NCBI GenBank assembly: GCA_044892525.1
Contig: CM097888.1
Span: 51,026,001-51,090,000 of the forward strand
Direction of reading: 5' to 3'
From: Schmidtea polychroa
Lineage: Eukaryota
Length of the DNA: 64,000 nucleotides
Shown here: piece after piece, positions 48,761 through 61,739 of the stretch
Position numbering within the stretch: position 1 is the stretch's first letter
Layout: each line of letters opens with the position of its first letter
Notes under the pieces: generated by a model
Databases searched by the model: none
The model's input: the letters and a program-made list of their open reading frames with translations, nothing else
Told to the model about the DNA's origin: nothing
Made by a program: the position numbers and the translations under genes

Positions 48761-49225
48761 TTTCATTATTCACAAATGTTGCGATTAGAATATATTGAAT
48801 TTTGAGAAATACACAAACTCAACAACTCGCAAGGGATTATTATTATTACATTCAAAGTTATTTTCAAAGGTATTTTATAAGCTTCATTATNNNNNNNNNN
48901 NNNNNNNNNNNNNNNNNNNNNNNNNNNNNNNNNNNNNNNNNNNNNNNNNNNNNNNNNNNNNNNNNNNNNNNNNNNNNNNNNNNNNNNNNNNNNNNNNNNN
49001 NNNNNNNNNNNNNNNNNNNNNNNNNNNNNNNNNNNNNNNNNNNNNNNNNAACTTAATTTCTCCGTCAATTTCATGATTTTCAACATTTTCATCATTTGCA
49101 TGAATATTTTAATAATTTTCAATATTTTCATAATTTCCAAATTTATCAACATTTTCATGATTTTCATAATTATTAATATTTTCATGGATTTTTTACATTT
49201 TCATAATTTTCTACATTTTCAACAT

Positions 49226-50034
49226 TGTTGGGGTTAGAGCAAAAACAAAATAAATTTCACATGGTACCAGAAAGCAGAACAAAAATTGGTAAAATCAATA
49301 TAAGTACAAAATTAATTAAAATTTAATGAAAATTAAAAATCAATATTGATGGTATGGTTGAGGTATGGTTGAATGCCAAATTGTTAGACGAGGTTAGAAA
49401 GCATAATAAAAATGTAATAGGGTGATCATAGAAAAAGTTAATAAGGAAAAACAAATTAATTAAAATTAATTAATCTGTAATGGAAAGCCCGAGCTATTGG
49501 AAAGCCCGAGCCCATGGGAAACCCGAGCACTGAAGAAAACCCGATGCGCAGTGAGACCCGAGACACCAGATAAGGTAATAATATTTCGATTTATAATTTC
49601 AAAGTAAACAAATTAAAATAATTATCAAACCTTTCAATATTAACTTAGGGTGCCCGGGGAAACAATTAATTTGAATTTGCTAGATAATTGGCCTCTTAGA
49701 AACACAGTATAAAAGGAGAGCTTAGAAATGAGCAAGCCGCCATTTGGTCGAAGAGAAAAAGGAAAAAGCTAAACAGAAAATCCAGCAAGGACAAGTCAAA
49801 AGAGGAAATTTGTGAATTATAAAGAAGCTAGACTCGTACAAGAAAAGGTAATTGCCCCTTGGGTTCTATACCTTAACGAGACAAATTTGAATTGAGAGAA
49901 AGGTGCAAATAGTGACAAATTGTAATTGTGATAAAAATCAAATAAAGTTATTTTGTGTTGAGTTTCAATTGATTTGGTAAAATAAGAACACGAGGAGTCA
50001 GAGAAAGGACGGACTTACAAATAAAAACTCAACA
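49226..50034 (+). mobile_element. Solo LTR (809 bp) with a 4-bp TSD
   Basis: TGTTG...CAACA termini; ACAT at 49222-49225 and 50035-50038; TATAAAA near 49708 and AATAAA near 49942. Confidence 0.8.
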
Positions 50035-50685
50035 ACATTTTCATTATTATTTCAGGAACATTTTCATCAAATATTTTTCAAAGTAATATTTTCAACGAAT
50101 TATTTTCAAAGTAATATTGTCAAAGTNNNNNNNNNNNNNNNNNNNNNNNNNNNNNNNNNNNNNNNNNNNNNNNNNNNNNNNNNNNNNNNNNNNNNNNNNN
50201 NNNNNNNNNNNNNNNNNNNNNNNNNNNNNNNNNNNNNNNNNNNNNNNNNNNNNNNNNNNNNNNNNNNNNNNNNNNNNNNNNNNNNNNNNNNNNNNNNNNN
50301 NNNNNNNNNNNNNNNNNNNNNNNNNNNNNNNNNNNNNNNNNNNNNNNNNNNNNNNNNNNNNNNNNNNNNNNNNNNNNNNNNNNNNNNNNNNNNNNNNNNN
50401 NNNNNNNNNNNNNNNNNNNNNNNTTCAAGTGGTATAATATAATTATTATTAAATTCCAACCAACTTAAATCAATAAAGGGGTAGGACAAAAATATATTAC
50501 GTTTTCATAATATTTTCATGATTATTTTCTTCAAAATTCTTATTTTATATCTTGCACTGGGCTTTAAAATGAGCTGTCGATTAATAAATTCATATGATGG
50601 AAACACTAACTTGTTGCATGACCAAAACCATGTCACCGCAAGACCACTAATAATATTTTGAATAATAATAATAATTTTTGATGAG

Positions 50686-50800
50686 ACATCGGATGAGTGA
50701 TTGTCTTTGTTCTATAAATTGATGGGTTATCGGATGAGTCATTGTCTTTGTTCCATAAAAGTGATGAGTCATCGGTTGAGTCATTGTCTTTGTCCTAAAA
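50686..50800. repeat. Three tandem ~41-bp repeats
   Basis: ATCGG(A/T)TGAGT(G/C)ATTGTCTTTGT occurs three times. Confidence 0.8.
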
Positions 50801-51076
50801 AATGTGCTCTTGCGGTGACACAACCTTCTACTCGGAGTTTTTTTGCGCAAATTTAGTTTTTCAGTAAAATCTCAATAAATCGGAAATTATTTAAATTTTT
50901 AACCAACGTTTCTTATTTTGGTGGAACATGTATAATATTATCGTAAATATGAAATTTTAAATATATATAGCGCTCAAGTGCCAATCATAAAAAAACGTAC
51001 TAGTACGTGTACTACATACAATGTGTTAATAAGTTGATTTCAGGCGCGTACGCATGATGAATCCATGAGGGGGGAG

Positions 51077-51077
<1 letters not shown>

Positions 51078-51135
<58 letters not shown>
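51078..51135. repeat. (TA)n microsatellite flanked by G-runs
   Basis: Read directly. Confidence 0.95.
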
Positions 51136-51138
<3 letters not shown>

Positions 51139-51619
51139 GGGGGGGGGGGTTATTTATAGTCACACCAATCATTTAGATAGCACATCCACGTTAAACTAAA
51201 TGTATTAAAATAAATGTAAGATCATATAGGTTAGAACTAAAGCTAGCAATTTATTAATGAAATTAATTTAATAAAAAGGTGTATTAAATTTTGTATTTGA
51301 AATTTATTTCATAAAAATTTCTTTTTAAAATTTCATAATTCTAAAAAAATTCTTTAATTTACCTATTTAAAAATAGTTACACTTACTAAAAGTTTAAAAG
51401 ATCACTTTACTTTAATTTTAAAATATTATTTATTTAAAATCTTGTGCTTAAAATTTTGTCCTTATTTTTAAAATGTAGCCCTTAAATTTATAAAATTAAT
51501 TAACCTAAATAAAATATTGTCTAAATAAAATATTTATTTTCAAACATTTTATTTTTTGTTAAGATATTATTTGTTTAAATACCAATGAAATCGAGTTATA
51601 TTTAAAATAAATTTAATAA

Positions 51620-52622
51620 ATGGATATCAAATCTTCTGTTGATTTTGAAACTAGACCACATGCTTTAATTGTTATAGGCATGGCTGGAAGTGGTAAAACT
51701 TCATTTGTCAATGCTTTGAAAACGTATTTAAGTCAAAATGATTTACCAGCTTATACTATTAATATGGATCCAGCTGTTCATTTTTTGCCTTATGATCCTA
51801 ACATTGGTATATTAAATTTTAAATGGGTATTATAAATTTAATTGATATTTAGATATCCGTGATGTAATTAATTATAAAGAAGTTATGAAAGAGTACAACT
51901 TAGGTCCTAATGGTGGTATTTTAACGTCTTTAAATCTTTTCTCAACAAAAATGAATGACGTTGTTCAGTTAATTAACAATAACTCAGGTGCAACTAATCA
52001 TTGTATCATTGATACACCCGGTCAAATAGAAGTATTTAAATGGTCAGCTTCTGGTAAAATAATTACTGAAACTCTGTCATCATCCTTCCCAACAACAATT
52101 GTTTATGTAATCGATAGTACACGTTCAACTAATCCACGGACATTTATTTCCAATATGGCTTATGCTTCAGCGGTAGCAACTGAATATGATTTACCATTTG
52201 TAATGGTCATGAACAAGACTGACATAATTGACTGCAAATATCTTGAGGATTGGATGGCTGACGTGACGAAATTTATCGACGATATGGAAGAACAAGATCT
52301 CGGTTACATGAAGACAATGACGAGGCAGATGGCATTTGTGTTGGAGAAGTTTTATTCTGTAATTCCCAAATGCGGAGTCTCATCGCAAACTGGCCAAGGA
52401 ATGGCTGAATTTGTGGAACTCTTAAAGGCTGCTAGAGAACAGTTTCTCACTGAATATCTTCATGAAATTGTACAGGCTAAAAATTCTGATGTCGAGGGGC
52501 CGGCGGAAAATGGATTTATCGATCTGTTGACTGATAGGATGAAGAAATCAGAAGAGGAACAAATGAAAACAGAAAGCGAGAATGAGGAGACAATTTCAGA
52601 AAATGGAAATGAAACAGATTAA
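51620..52622 (+). CDS. GPN1: GPN-loop GTPase 1, 318 aa; exons 51620-51806 and 51853-52622
   Basis: GMAGSGKT, NMDPAV, DIRD across a 46-nt intron, LGPNGGILTSLNLF, DTPGQIEVFKWSASG and NKTD. Confidence 0.95.
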
Positions 52623-52713
52623 TATAATATTCATTCTTTGATGTTTCTTATTTTAAATCCGTCTCTACACCTAACTAACATTATCTAATCTAAAAAAAAT
52701 CAATAAATATATA

Positions 52714-55312
52714 CACCAACCGGCATTTGATTATCATCAAATGGCCATTGATTTGCATATTTATTAATATAAATAATAAATTTGTGTGTGTCATAGTCAG
52801 AAGGGACATTCAATTAGCTAGGTGACATTGAATTAGCTCTTACACTATAGAAAGATAGAAAAAATTGCTGTTGGAAGAAAAATAAATACATACAAACACG
52901 GTTCACAAATTTTCTATAATATAAAATACACACTATAGGACATTGATTTATCATAAGGACATTCAATAAGCTAAAAATTTTCATTTTTAAATCAAATTAT
53001 TATCAAAATGTTCGAAGATATTTCAGAAGCTTCTTCAGAATCAACAATTCCATTTCAAGAAATTCATAGAAATGTGTAAGTTTTTCATTAAACTTTAATT
53101 ATTTTTTAAAAATCGATATAGAATTACCATTAAAGATAAAGAAATAATCATTAAATCCATGAAGATGGCCATGATTATTATGAATTAGGCCGTATTCTTG
53201 GAATTAAGCGGAATACAATAACCAGCATTATTGTGAAATATAAGAAGACTGGAATTTTATCCGCAGGAACAAGAGGAGGCAATCGACCAACAATTATTGA
53301 ACTATGTCGAAAGAAATTGTTATTCGACATTAAATCAAATGAGATGTTTTTATCTACAAATCACAATGTAGAAATTTCCACAAAATCAATATCCAGGTAC
53401 CTGAAAAATCAATTTTTAACCTTCAAAATGATCAGGCCTTGTGTGGAAGAAAGAAATTCAGATAGAATATTGGATATTCGGCAGACATATGTTACACGTC
53501 TGCTTGAAGAAGGTTGGGGGAGCAGTAAATTTATTTATATAGATGAATGCTCTTTCAATACATGGATAAACAAGAGATTCGGAAGATCTCGAGTAGGCAC
53601 TCGAATTTACAGCATCGTGCCGACAAATCGAGGTCCCAATATTTCATTAGTTTTGGCAATATCCAAAGATGGGCCCATCCATTCACAAATCATCATTGGC
53701 TCTTTTAGAAAGGAATCATACCAGTCATTTATAACAGAATTGACTGAGAAACTGAATGGATCTGGATTCAGTTTGATACACGATAATGCATCCATCCACA
53801 ATAATGTATTATCTTTGAACGATCACATAGAAAAGTTGCCTCCATATAGTCCATTTTTGAACCCCATCGAAAGTGTGTTCAGCAAGATTAAAAATGGGGT
53901 AAGGACTAAAGTTTCCTCGGTTAATGGATTTTCCAGGATGAGTTTCAATGACAGATTTACCGCAATATCCCAAGCAGTTATCGAGGAACTTAGCAAACCA
54001 GATTATAGTAATTTGAAAAATTACTATAATAATATTAAAAGGTTCTTCCCTAAATGCTTGAAGAAGCAGGATATTTTTGGTGAATTCTGAAAAATGTAAT
54101 GTATATTATAATAAATAATTAAATATCTTACTTCTTTATTCATTATTTTAAAAAAATCTTAAAATTAACTAAAATCCAAAACAAAGCTTATTTGATAATT
54201 AATTTGATAATTATGATAATTAAATGCGCTTTGGTGTATTATAGGAACACACAAACTTGTGTAGAAATTTAATGCTGCGAAATGCTGTAACATATTTATT
54301 AATCTAAAAAGTGAGAGAAAATAATTAAGCATACAAGCACAGCACACAAATGAAAAATACATACAAAATTAAGTAAAGTGCTTTTTACACATAAGCGCAT
54401 TTAATTATCATAAATGAGACATTCATTTAGCTTTGTCAAATAAGCTTTGTTTTGGATTTTAGTTAATTTTAAGATTTTTTTAAAAATAATGAATAAAGAA
54501 GTAAGATATTTATTTATTTATTATAATATACATTAAATTTTTCATAGTTTTATTAAAATATCAAGAATTTAGGGAAGAATCTTTAATATGATTATTAATA
54601 TGATTTTTGAAATTATTATGATCTGGTTTTCGAAGTTCCTCGTTAACTGCTTGGAATATTGCAGTAAATCATTCATTGAAGGTAAATCTGTCTGGAAAAT
54701 CCATCAACCGAAGAAACTTTAGTCCTTACCCCATTTTTAATTTTGCTCAACACTTTCGATGGGGTTCAAAAATGGATTATATGGCAATTTTTCTATTTGA
54801 ATAGTCAATGAAGATATATTATTGTAAATGGATTAGCTCATCTTTGAAAATTGAGACCTCGATTTGTTGGAATATTGTTATAAATTCTATTGTCTACTCG
54901 TGATCTACCGAAGCTCTTGTTCGTCCATCTATTGAAGAGCATTCATCAATGTATTTCTTGAAATGAAATAGACGATTCTGATGAAGTTTCTGACATATTC
55001 TTGTATATTTTTTTATAATTAATTAATTTTAAATGGAAAATTTTTCGCTAATTGAATGTCCGCATGATAAATCAATGTCCTATAGTGTGTATTTTTTATT
55101 ATAGAACCGTGTTTGTATGTATTTATTTATTTTTTTTCCAACAGCGATTTTTTCTATCTTTCTATAGTGTAAGAGCTAATTGAATGTCACCAAGCTAATT
55201 CAATGGCCCTTCTGGCTATGACACACACACATTTATTATAGGTAAGTTAATATTTATATTATTAAATATGCAAATCAATGGCCATTTGATGATAATCAAA
55301 TGCCGGTTGGTG
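52714..55312. mobile_element. Foldback IS630/Tc1-type element made of two inverted left halves
   Basis: TA-flanked termini CACCAACCGGCATTTG. 52714-54231 is mirrored, with deletions, by 54393-55312 around a ~160-bp spacer. Confidence 0.9.
53008..54090 (+). pseudogene. IS630/Tc1-superfamily transposase with a 46-nt intron (53076-53121) and one frameshift near 53157
   Basis: HTH YELGRILGIKRNTITSII; catalytic YIDE, HDNASIH and LPPYSPFLNPIE. Confidence 0.88.
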
Positions 55313-56559
55313 TATGCGAAATTAACATTGATTAAAATATAATTAAGATATCAATATTTTCAAATTATTTAAAAAGTTATGTACAAAAAAACTTTTGAAT
55401 CAGATTCTGACTGCTCTACCTTGAGCTTTAGGGAAAAAGAAGAAAATACATCGTAAGATTTAATTATAAAATAATTTAGAATATAAAATTTCTTTAGATT
55501 TACAGATATTCAAGAAGGTCCTTCGACATCTTTGAATTTGCAAGAAAAAAATCGCAAATCGTAAATTTTAATAAATTATTTTAACAAATTAATATTTTCA
55601 TAGAATTACAGAAATAGACTTAGAATAGACTTAGAAATTGAATTACAAAAATAAATTCGAAAGAAGATTACAAAAACTTAAAAAATATTTTATCCATTCT
55701 TTACTAAATGTCTTTAAAAAATAAATGTTTGGTGATTACTTTACTTATTTATAATTATAAAAATATCTAACTTACATTTTTACGAAATAAATCCAAATAA
55801 AATACCATAAAATTCCTAAAAAACACCTGAAATTTAATTATCAATGTTATTATAAATGCTTACTAACAGTAATATTTAAGAACTTGAATAATGATCTCAT
55901 AATTATTTAAAATCAAAATTCAAGTCCTAAAAATTACTTCAATTCAAAAACTTACCTTAAAACGATTTTTGAAAAATTGAAAAAATGAAATTAAGTTAAC
56001 ATTGTCATATAATAGGTGTATATAGTATATAGTATATAGGTGTATATAGTATTGATTATAAATATCGCTTATTGTTGTCCATCCATTTTCAGCCAATCAA
56101 AATCTTGCAAAGAAATCTCACTAAATTATTGGTCTCTATTAATTATTTATTAAATTTTTTTGTTGAAAGATGTTTTATTTACTAAAATGAATCAATGAGT
56201 TATCCAGACTTATTTCAATATTTCGGTAAGCTATTGTGCACTTACTGTAAAATTGGAGAATAAATACAGAATTATCCTATAAAAATACTAAAATTTCACT
56301 GATTCTCATACGGTAACACTCATTTATAGAGTTAAACTTGTGTTTCGGCTAATAAAGTTTTTATTGATGGTGACCGATCATTTGGTCAAAGTTAATTTCG
56401 TGTTGATTAATTGGTCGAAAAAATAATTTAATTTGCATTAAAAATACGTACAAAAAAAGTACAAAAGTAATTCATTCAATACGCGATGTTATGAGCGATG
56501 CTTTTCAGAAACTGCTTGATATTGTTCGAATCATATCTATCCACTAATAGCTTTATTCT

Positions 56560-56900
56560 AGTGTCGACGGCCTCGTATTTCTTCGTTTTACTTTTCGAAG
56601 GATGACCACCAATGGTTCTTTCAATTTTGGTGCCACAGTTGACTTCTAGATGTAGCTTAGTTACGAAGCTACCATTGACGGATGTGCTTTTTGGATGACA
56701 CCTTTCAGTGCGTTATGCCACCCCTCTAGTGAATTGGTTGTTGGTGGAAGGCTATTTTTCACTCGTTCATACTGTTACCAAATAGAATTGGGAAAATTTG
56801 GACCTCTTCTTGTAATTTAATTTGAAATAATCGACTATTTGGTCTTATTCATCTGAATAATCTCCGTCATTTGTCAGAAGTACTAATGACCAAGTTTAAT
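56560..56900 (-). pseudogene. MULE transposase C-terminal remnant
   Basis: FPNSIW...LPPTTNSLEGWHNAL...HPS (cf. PRTNNxxEGWHN). Confidence 0.7.
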
Positions 56901-57489
56901 TTCGACATTTAGATAGATTATTTGAAATGATTTATATCTTTAAAATATCATTTGATCGAAGATCATTTACTGTTTATTTGGTCACTGTTTATTTTGTCAA
57001 GAATTCATATAGTCGGATATTTGGGGTTTAAGTGACGATAATTTATTATTAGTTTATTAATATCATAAACTAATATTTTGATGGATCTAACTAGAGGTTA
57101 TGAACACATTGGTTTTCTAGAAATTTAAAGATAACTAAAGATACCCTTACCTATAATTAATTCACAATGATTTTTCAAAAATAGGCTGATATAGTACTGA
57201 TATCTTAAATTATTTTTTTATTAGTTTTGGATGCGCGTAATAATTATGACTACATAAACAATAGTAATTGGAAAACCAACCATAGACACTGCGAATGACT
57301 ATTAATCAATTCTAATAGTAGCCGAGGGATTTGTTAGGCGAAAATTGTCAAGAAAAAAGTTGTTGGATATTATATAGTCTAAATCCATTAATTATAGGGA
57401 TAACCAAGAGATAACATTAGAAGTTGGCTTTTTGCCTCATGCAAGGAAGAAGAAAGGTGAAATAAGCACTAATTTGTAAATTAATCAAA

Positions 57490-57790
57490 GAAAGATTGAA
57501 AACAATTATATGAAAGCGAATGCTCTTCGATCAAGAATTTTCGCAGCTTTATGCGAAGTAATGGATTCAGATTACAAAAATTTATTTTATTACACCGAAG
57601 TTCGATGACTGTCAAAAGGAAATGTTTTGAATCGATTACTGTTTATGAAAGTTGAAATTATTTCATTCATCGATAACGAAAAAGTTGATTTTTCATTCCT
57701 GAAAGAAAATATTTGGTGGTTACGAGTTTCTTTTTTGAGCGATATTTTCGACAAACTTAATGATTTAAATTTGAAATTGCAAAGAGCTCA
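57490..57790 (+). pseudogene. hAT (ZBED5/Buster-type) transposase remnant
   Basis: NYMKANALRSRIFAALCE...YYTEVR*LSKGNVL...FLSDIFDKLNDLNLKLQ. Confidence 0.8.
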
Positions 57791-59599
57791 ATAAATCTTT
57801 ATCACTATGTTGGGCTAGAACTGACTTCTAGACCCAAATTTCTAATTGTGACTGAAATGTGTAAGTACACAGCATGCAAAAAGCAAAAAGTATAGTTAAA
57901 TATTAAAAACTACACCAAATAAACAATAGTAATTAAAGGAAAAAACAACAAAAACCTAAACACCGAAATTAAATAAAATTATACCAAAAGCAAGAGGTTA
58001 TGCAAAATAGAACTCGAAAATAACCAAATAAACACAGATAAACATAAAACAGACTCGAATAACTTAAAAGACGATAAAAACCGAAAAAATTCCAGAAAAA
58101 CCCAGAACATTCCATAAAAATGGCGATGACCATCATAAAAGCTACCTTAAACAATAAAATTTAGGAAAAATAAATAAATTAGTAATAAAAATAAAAAATC
58201 TTAAAAAGAAATTCATAAAACATCAGTTAAAATAAAAATTAAATTAAAAGTAATATAGAATGTTCTGGAACCGTTCCAAATCCATCATGGACGTAAAATT
58301 AACGAAAAATAATTAAAAAATAAAAATTTAAAAATAAAAACAAAAATTATGGCACAAAAATTGCCATTAAAAATATCAAAATCGCAAAATAGAAAATTCT
58401 GGAATAAAAAGAATTCGAGTTTGTTTTAATGCATCAATACATACACGTGTACAAAATAGGTATATATACTGACACGTTTCAGTCAGAATAATCATTATTT
58501 TATGCCAAATTTTGAACAAAAACTTTTCCAATCTACATAGTGAGTATATATGATTGAATTTTTTATTATTATCATGTAGTTATGATTTATTTAAGATTAA
58601 AGTAATTCCATATTTGATGTTTTTTTTAAATTTTTTGATGTACGAATGTTCAACGGCGTACTGGTATTCCTGCGTCGTTGTTCAGTCCTGCATCCAATTT
58701 GTTAAAATCCTCATAGTACATGCAAACATGCATTATTTATATTATATTAATCTCTTATTATATGGCTCTTTTTGTTCGGGTCAGCCGGAGGTCGAAATAC
58801 TTCATGGTCCTGCCATGGAGTTAGGTCGAGAAAACCCTCCGTCCGACTCTTCGTATTTATTTAAGGTCAGCCGTAAATGGTTGACTTAGCACACAACACT
58901 AAGGTTTGTGGAAGTGGTCACAGTGGGGCCATGGAAGCAATATTCTTCCCGACTCATTGCGTAATATACAATTAAACTCAACACTTAAAATCCTGAACAA
59001 TAACTCTACACTAAGGTTCTAATTTGAGTAGAGCTCGTACCTAAAATTACACAATTCTACATTCACATTAATGTAGTTAGTTGATCCATAATGGTAATTT
59101 CAATTATACTTAGACATATGCCGAACTAGATTTTGTAGTAAGGATCTTTGATAAAGTAATAGAAATAAGAGAGATATTCGGCATACGTACAGGTATAACT
59201 TGATCTAGATATGCTGATTCCGAGTAAATATAGACATTTTAAATCTAGTTCCCACTTTAAAATGTTTGTAAATGTGGAGGCTTTTAGTGGTAATATTCTT
59301 GTTGTTAACTATAAAACTATAAGTTATAACTAATTACGATAGCTAGGTACAAATCACGTCGATCCTGAAAATGTAAATTGTTAATGGAGAAAGTCTGATC
59401 AGAGATAGTAGTAAACAATTTTTCGTATAAAAATCAACTTAGGATTGGTTACAGATAGGCGATAGACGCGCTAGAACTCTGAAGTTTAATCCACAAATAG
59501 GACCAGGAAATCTGTAAGTACTGCGGAAAACAATGTTGATCATAGAAAGGAAGTTGTAAGAAGTATATTCCGTCGACTAAAAATTTCAAATTATAAAGT

Positions 59600-60043
59600 A
59601 TGAAAATACGAATTACAAAATACAAAAGTATAAATTTTAGATTATAAACTTATAAATTATAAGTTAAGCAATTATAACTTATAAAATATGAATGTATAAA
59701 TTTCAAAATATGAAATTATAATTATAAATTACAAGATTGTAAATCCCTAAATTGAAAAATTTAAAATTATAAATCGAAAATTATCAAAGTACAAATTATA
59801 AAACATAAATTTATAATTCTAAAACATGGGATTATAAAATTATAGTTATCATAATCTGGATCATTTCCCTTGTTATTACTATTAACAGTATCAACATTAT
59901 CATTACTATTAGTATTATTATTCTTATTCTTATTATTATTATATTATTATTATTATTATTATCATTATTATGAATATCATAATTAGCATTATTATTATTA
60001 TCATCATTATCAGTACCATTATAAAAATTTATTATTATTCTTG

Positions 60044-60079
<36 letters not shown>

Positions 60080-60240
60080 CCATTATCATTACCATTATTA
60101 AAATTTATTATTATTCTTATTATTATTACTATCATTGCTATTATTAATATTAATATTATTATTATCATTATTATTATTATTATTATTAGTATCGTTACTT
60201 CATTGTTATTATTATTGGTATTATTATTATTACAGTTAAC
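59600..60240. repeat. Low-complexity AT tract and degenerate (ATT)n array
   Basis: Read directly; it produces spurious Ile/Asn-rich ORFs. Confidence 0.9.
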
Positions 60241-60764
60241 TACAAAAAAAATCGATATCCCAATCCGATATCGATCACCTGGAAATTTAGAAATTAGCAA
60301 ATTAAATAAATTACTTGTATGCAGAGCAAACCACTCATAACGAGCACAACCGAAGGAAAGGTAAGCAGACGAAGAGCTTAGTTCGTTGCTAGCACCTGTC
60401 GCCCCAGCGTGCCAGAATTTAGTGGCCTAAAAATGATGATCCAAAAACTTTACATTTTATTCAAGTATAAACTAAAATTTATAAATAGTAATTAAAATTA
60501 CCACTTAGTGGTAAACAAATTCTGGAATGTAAATGATTAATTTAAACAAACGGATTTTCGACGAAATTCCTTTTTAATCTAGTTGATAATGAATGTGATT
60601 TTAATCTATTGTTCTTAGGCTTATAAGTGTTAGCTGGAAAATAAAGAATTTTCTTTTTCGTTAACGTTGAATTTTTAAAAAGTGGAGAAAAGGGATTAAC
60701 AAAATCCCGTGTTTAACTTCGTAACATAATTTGTATAAAGTGACCTGATTGTTACTTTGCAGAA

Positions 60765-61130
60765 ATGTCCTACTCTGACAGCAGCAGCATCGAAGAAGCC
60801 GATCGGCAGACGCTCACCCGACTCCGGACCCGGTACATTTGGTACCACATCCATCGGTGGAGTCAGGGACGGGACCTGGACTGCACAGATCGAGTGATCC
60901 GGAAGGGCCCCGAAGTAGATGCCCCGGCGTGGGTGAAGGAGGAGCCGGGAAACGACCTTTTACAGGAGGCCCGCGACCGAGCGGCCGTCGAGGTGGACGC
61001 GGCCCAGATGCGACTGAAGAAACTCGACATGCAAATCCGGGCAATCCGAGAAGGAAAGACTCTGGAGGACCTGGAGGAGGCCGAGGCGACCCCGCGGAAA
61101 AGGGGGAGGCCTCGCAAGTACCCGGCCTAA
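60765..61130 (+). CDS. GC-rich 121-aa ORF with a coiled coil and a C-terminal AT-hook
   Basis: Intact ORF ending TPRKRGRPRKYPA*. Acceptor TTTGCAG lies 2 nt before the ATG and a candidate donor AAG|GTAAG is at 60361. Composition is far more GC-rich than the flanks. Confidence 0.6.
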   Translation: MSYSDSSSIEEADRQTLTRLRTRYIWYHIHRWSQGRDLDCTDRVIRKGPEVDAPAWVKEEPGNDLLQEARDRAAVEVDAAQMRLKKLDMQIRAIREGKTLEDLEEAEATPRKRGRPRKYPA

Positions 61131-61407
61131 CTCGTCCTCAATTCTAACTCGCGATAGACATGAACTTTACTCTGAACAAATCTCCTCTGTAATGAATTAA
61201 TAAGATTTGATTTGATGATGAACTTTACTTTGAATGAGTTTCTTCTTTAATAAATTATCGTAAAAAAAATACGAACAGTCATCTGGACTATACGCATTGA
61301 ATTTTTGGTTGTTTATTGTTATGGTGTAAATACAATTTAGTTAACAAGTGTTGTATGAGGTGTATTGTCCACAAATATCGAGTGATTGAGAATTAGCGAG
61401 TTGAGAT

Positions 61408-61652
61408 TTTGGGAAAACAATTTTGATAAGGGACCTGAGAAATCGGACACACACACCTTCTATCGGTAGTCCGTGAACCCATAGAGTACTCGACAATTAT
61501 AGTGCCTTGATGCGCTCACTTTTTGCGAGTACTCAACCCTTGGTACAGTACCAACGTTGATTACTCAACGGGTACCAAGCGGAAACTCTAATGTTGTATT
61601 TTGGGTTACGCTGGTAACAGCACTTAATCATTCAACCACCAGTAACCCACCA
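61408..61652 (+). other. Structured dispersed repeat, copy 3
   Basis: Hairpins 61484-61534 and 61555-61570; terminal GGGTTAC (61603-61609)/GTAACCC (61642-61648)-A-CCA. Confidence 0.8.
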
Positions 61653-61739
61653 ACTATATCCGGCAAGTTAAAAGGAATTTTATGAAAAACTGAGATTGTG
61701 GAGTCTAAAAGTCATCAAATCAAAATTTGGATCCTTTAG

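Larger units (their letters stand above)
40435..48800. mobile_element. Decayed Polinton/Maverick (adintovirus-like) endogenous element; ends not defined; no pPolB seen
   Basis: Clustered major capsid, penton, packaging ATPase, adenain-like protease, PLA2-like domain and retroviral-type integrase, densely packed and intronless; subterminal tandem repeats at 48380-48760. Confidence 0.9.

Noticed and set aside
48380-50800. Tandem repeats as a CRISPR-like array
   Set aside because: Eukaryotic context, degenerate repeats, no unique spacers of regular length and no cas genes.
59832-60340. Ile/Asn/Leu-rich ORFs
   Set aside because: They are translations of the degenerate (ATT)n array.
61320-61350. 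TGTAAATACAATTT resemblance to a dicistrovirus IGR IRES
   Set aside because: A short AT-rich match; the pseudoknot architecture is not evident.
61425-61480. Hammerhead ribozyme in the structured repeat (CTGAGA...GAAA)
   Set aside because: The CUGANGA core and the NUH cleavage triplet are not satisfied or conserved across the three copies.
61603-61652. TAACCC as a telomerase template or telomeric seed
   Set aside because: Only 6 nt match, it is paired within a stem, and there is no tandem TTAGGG.
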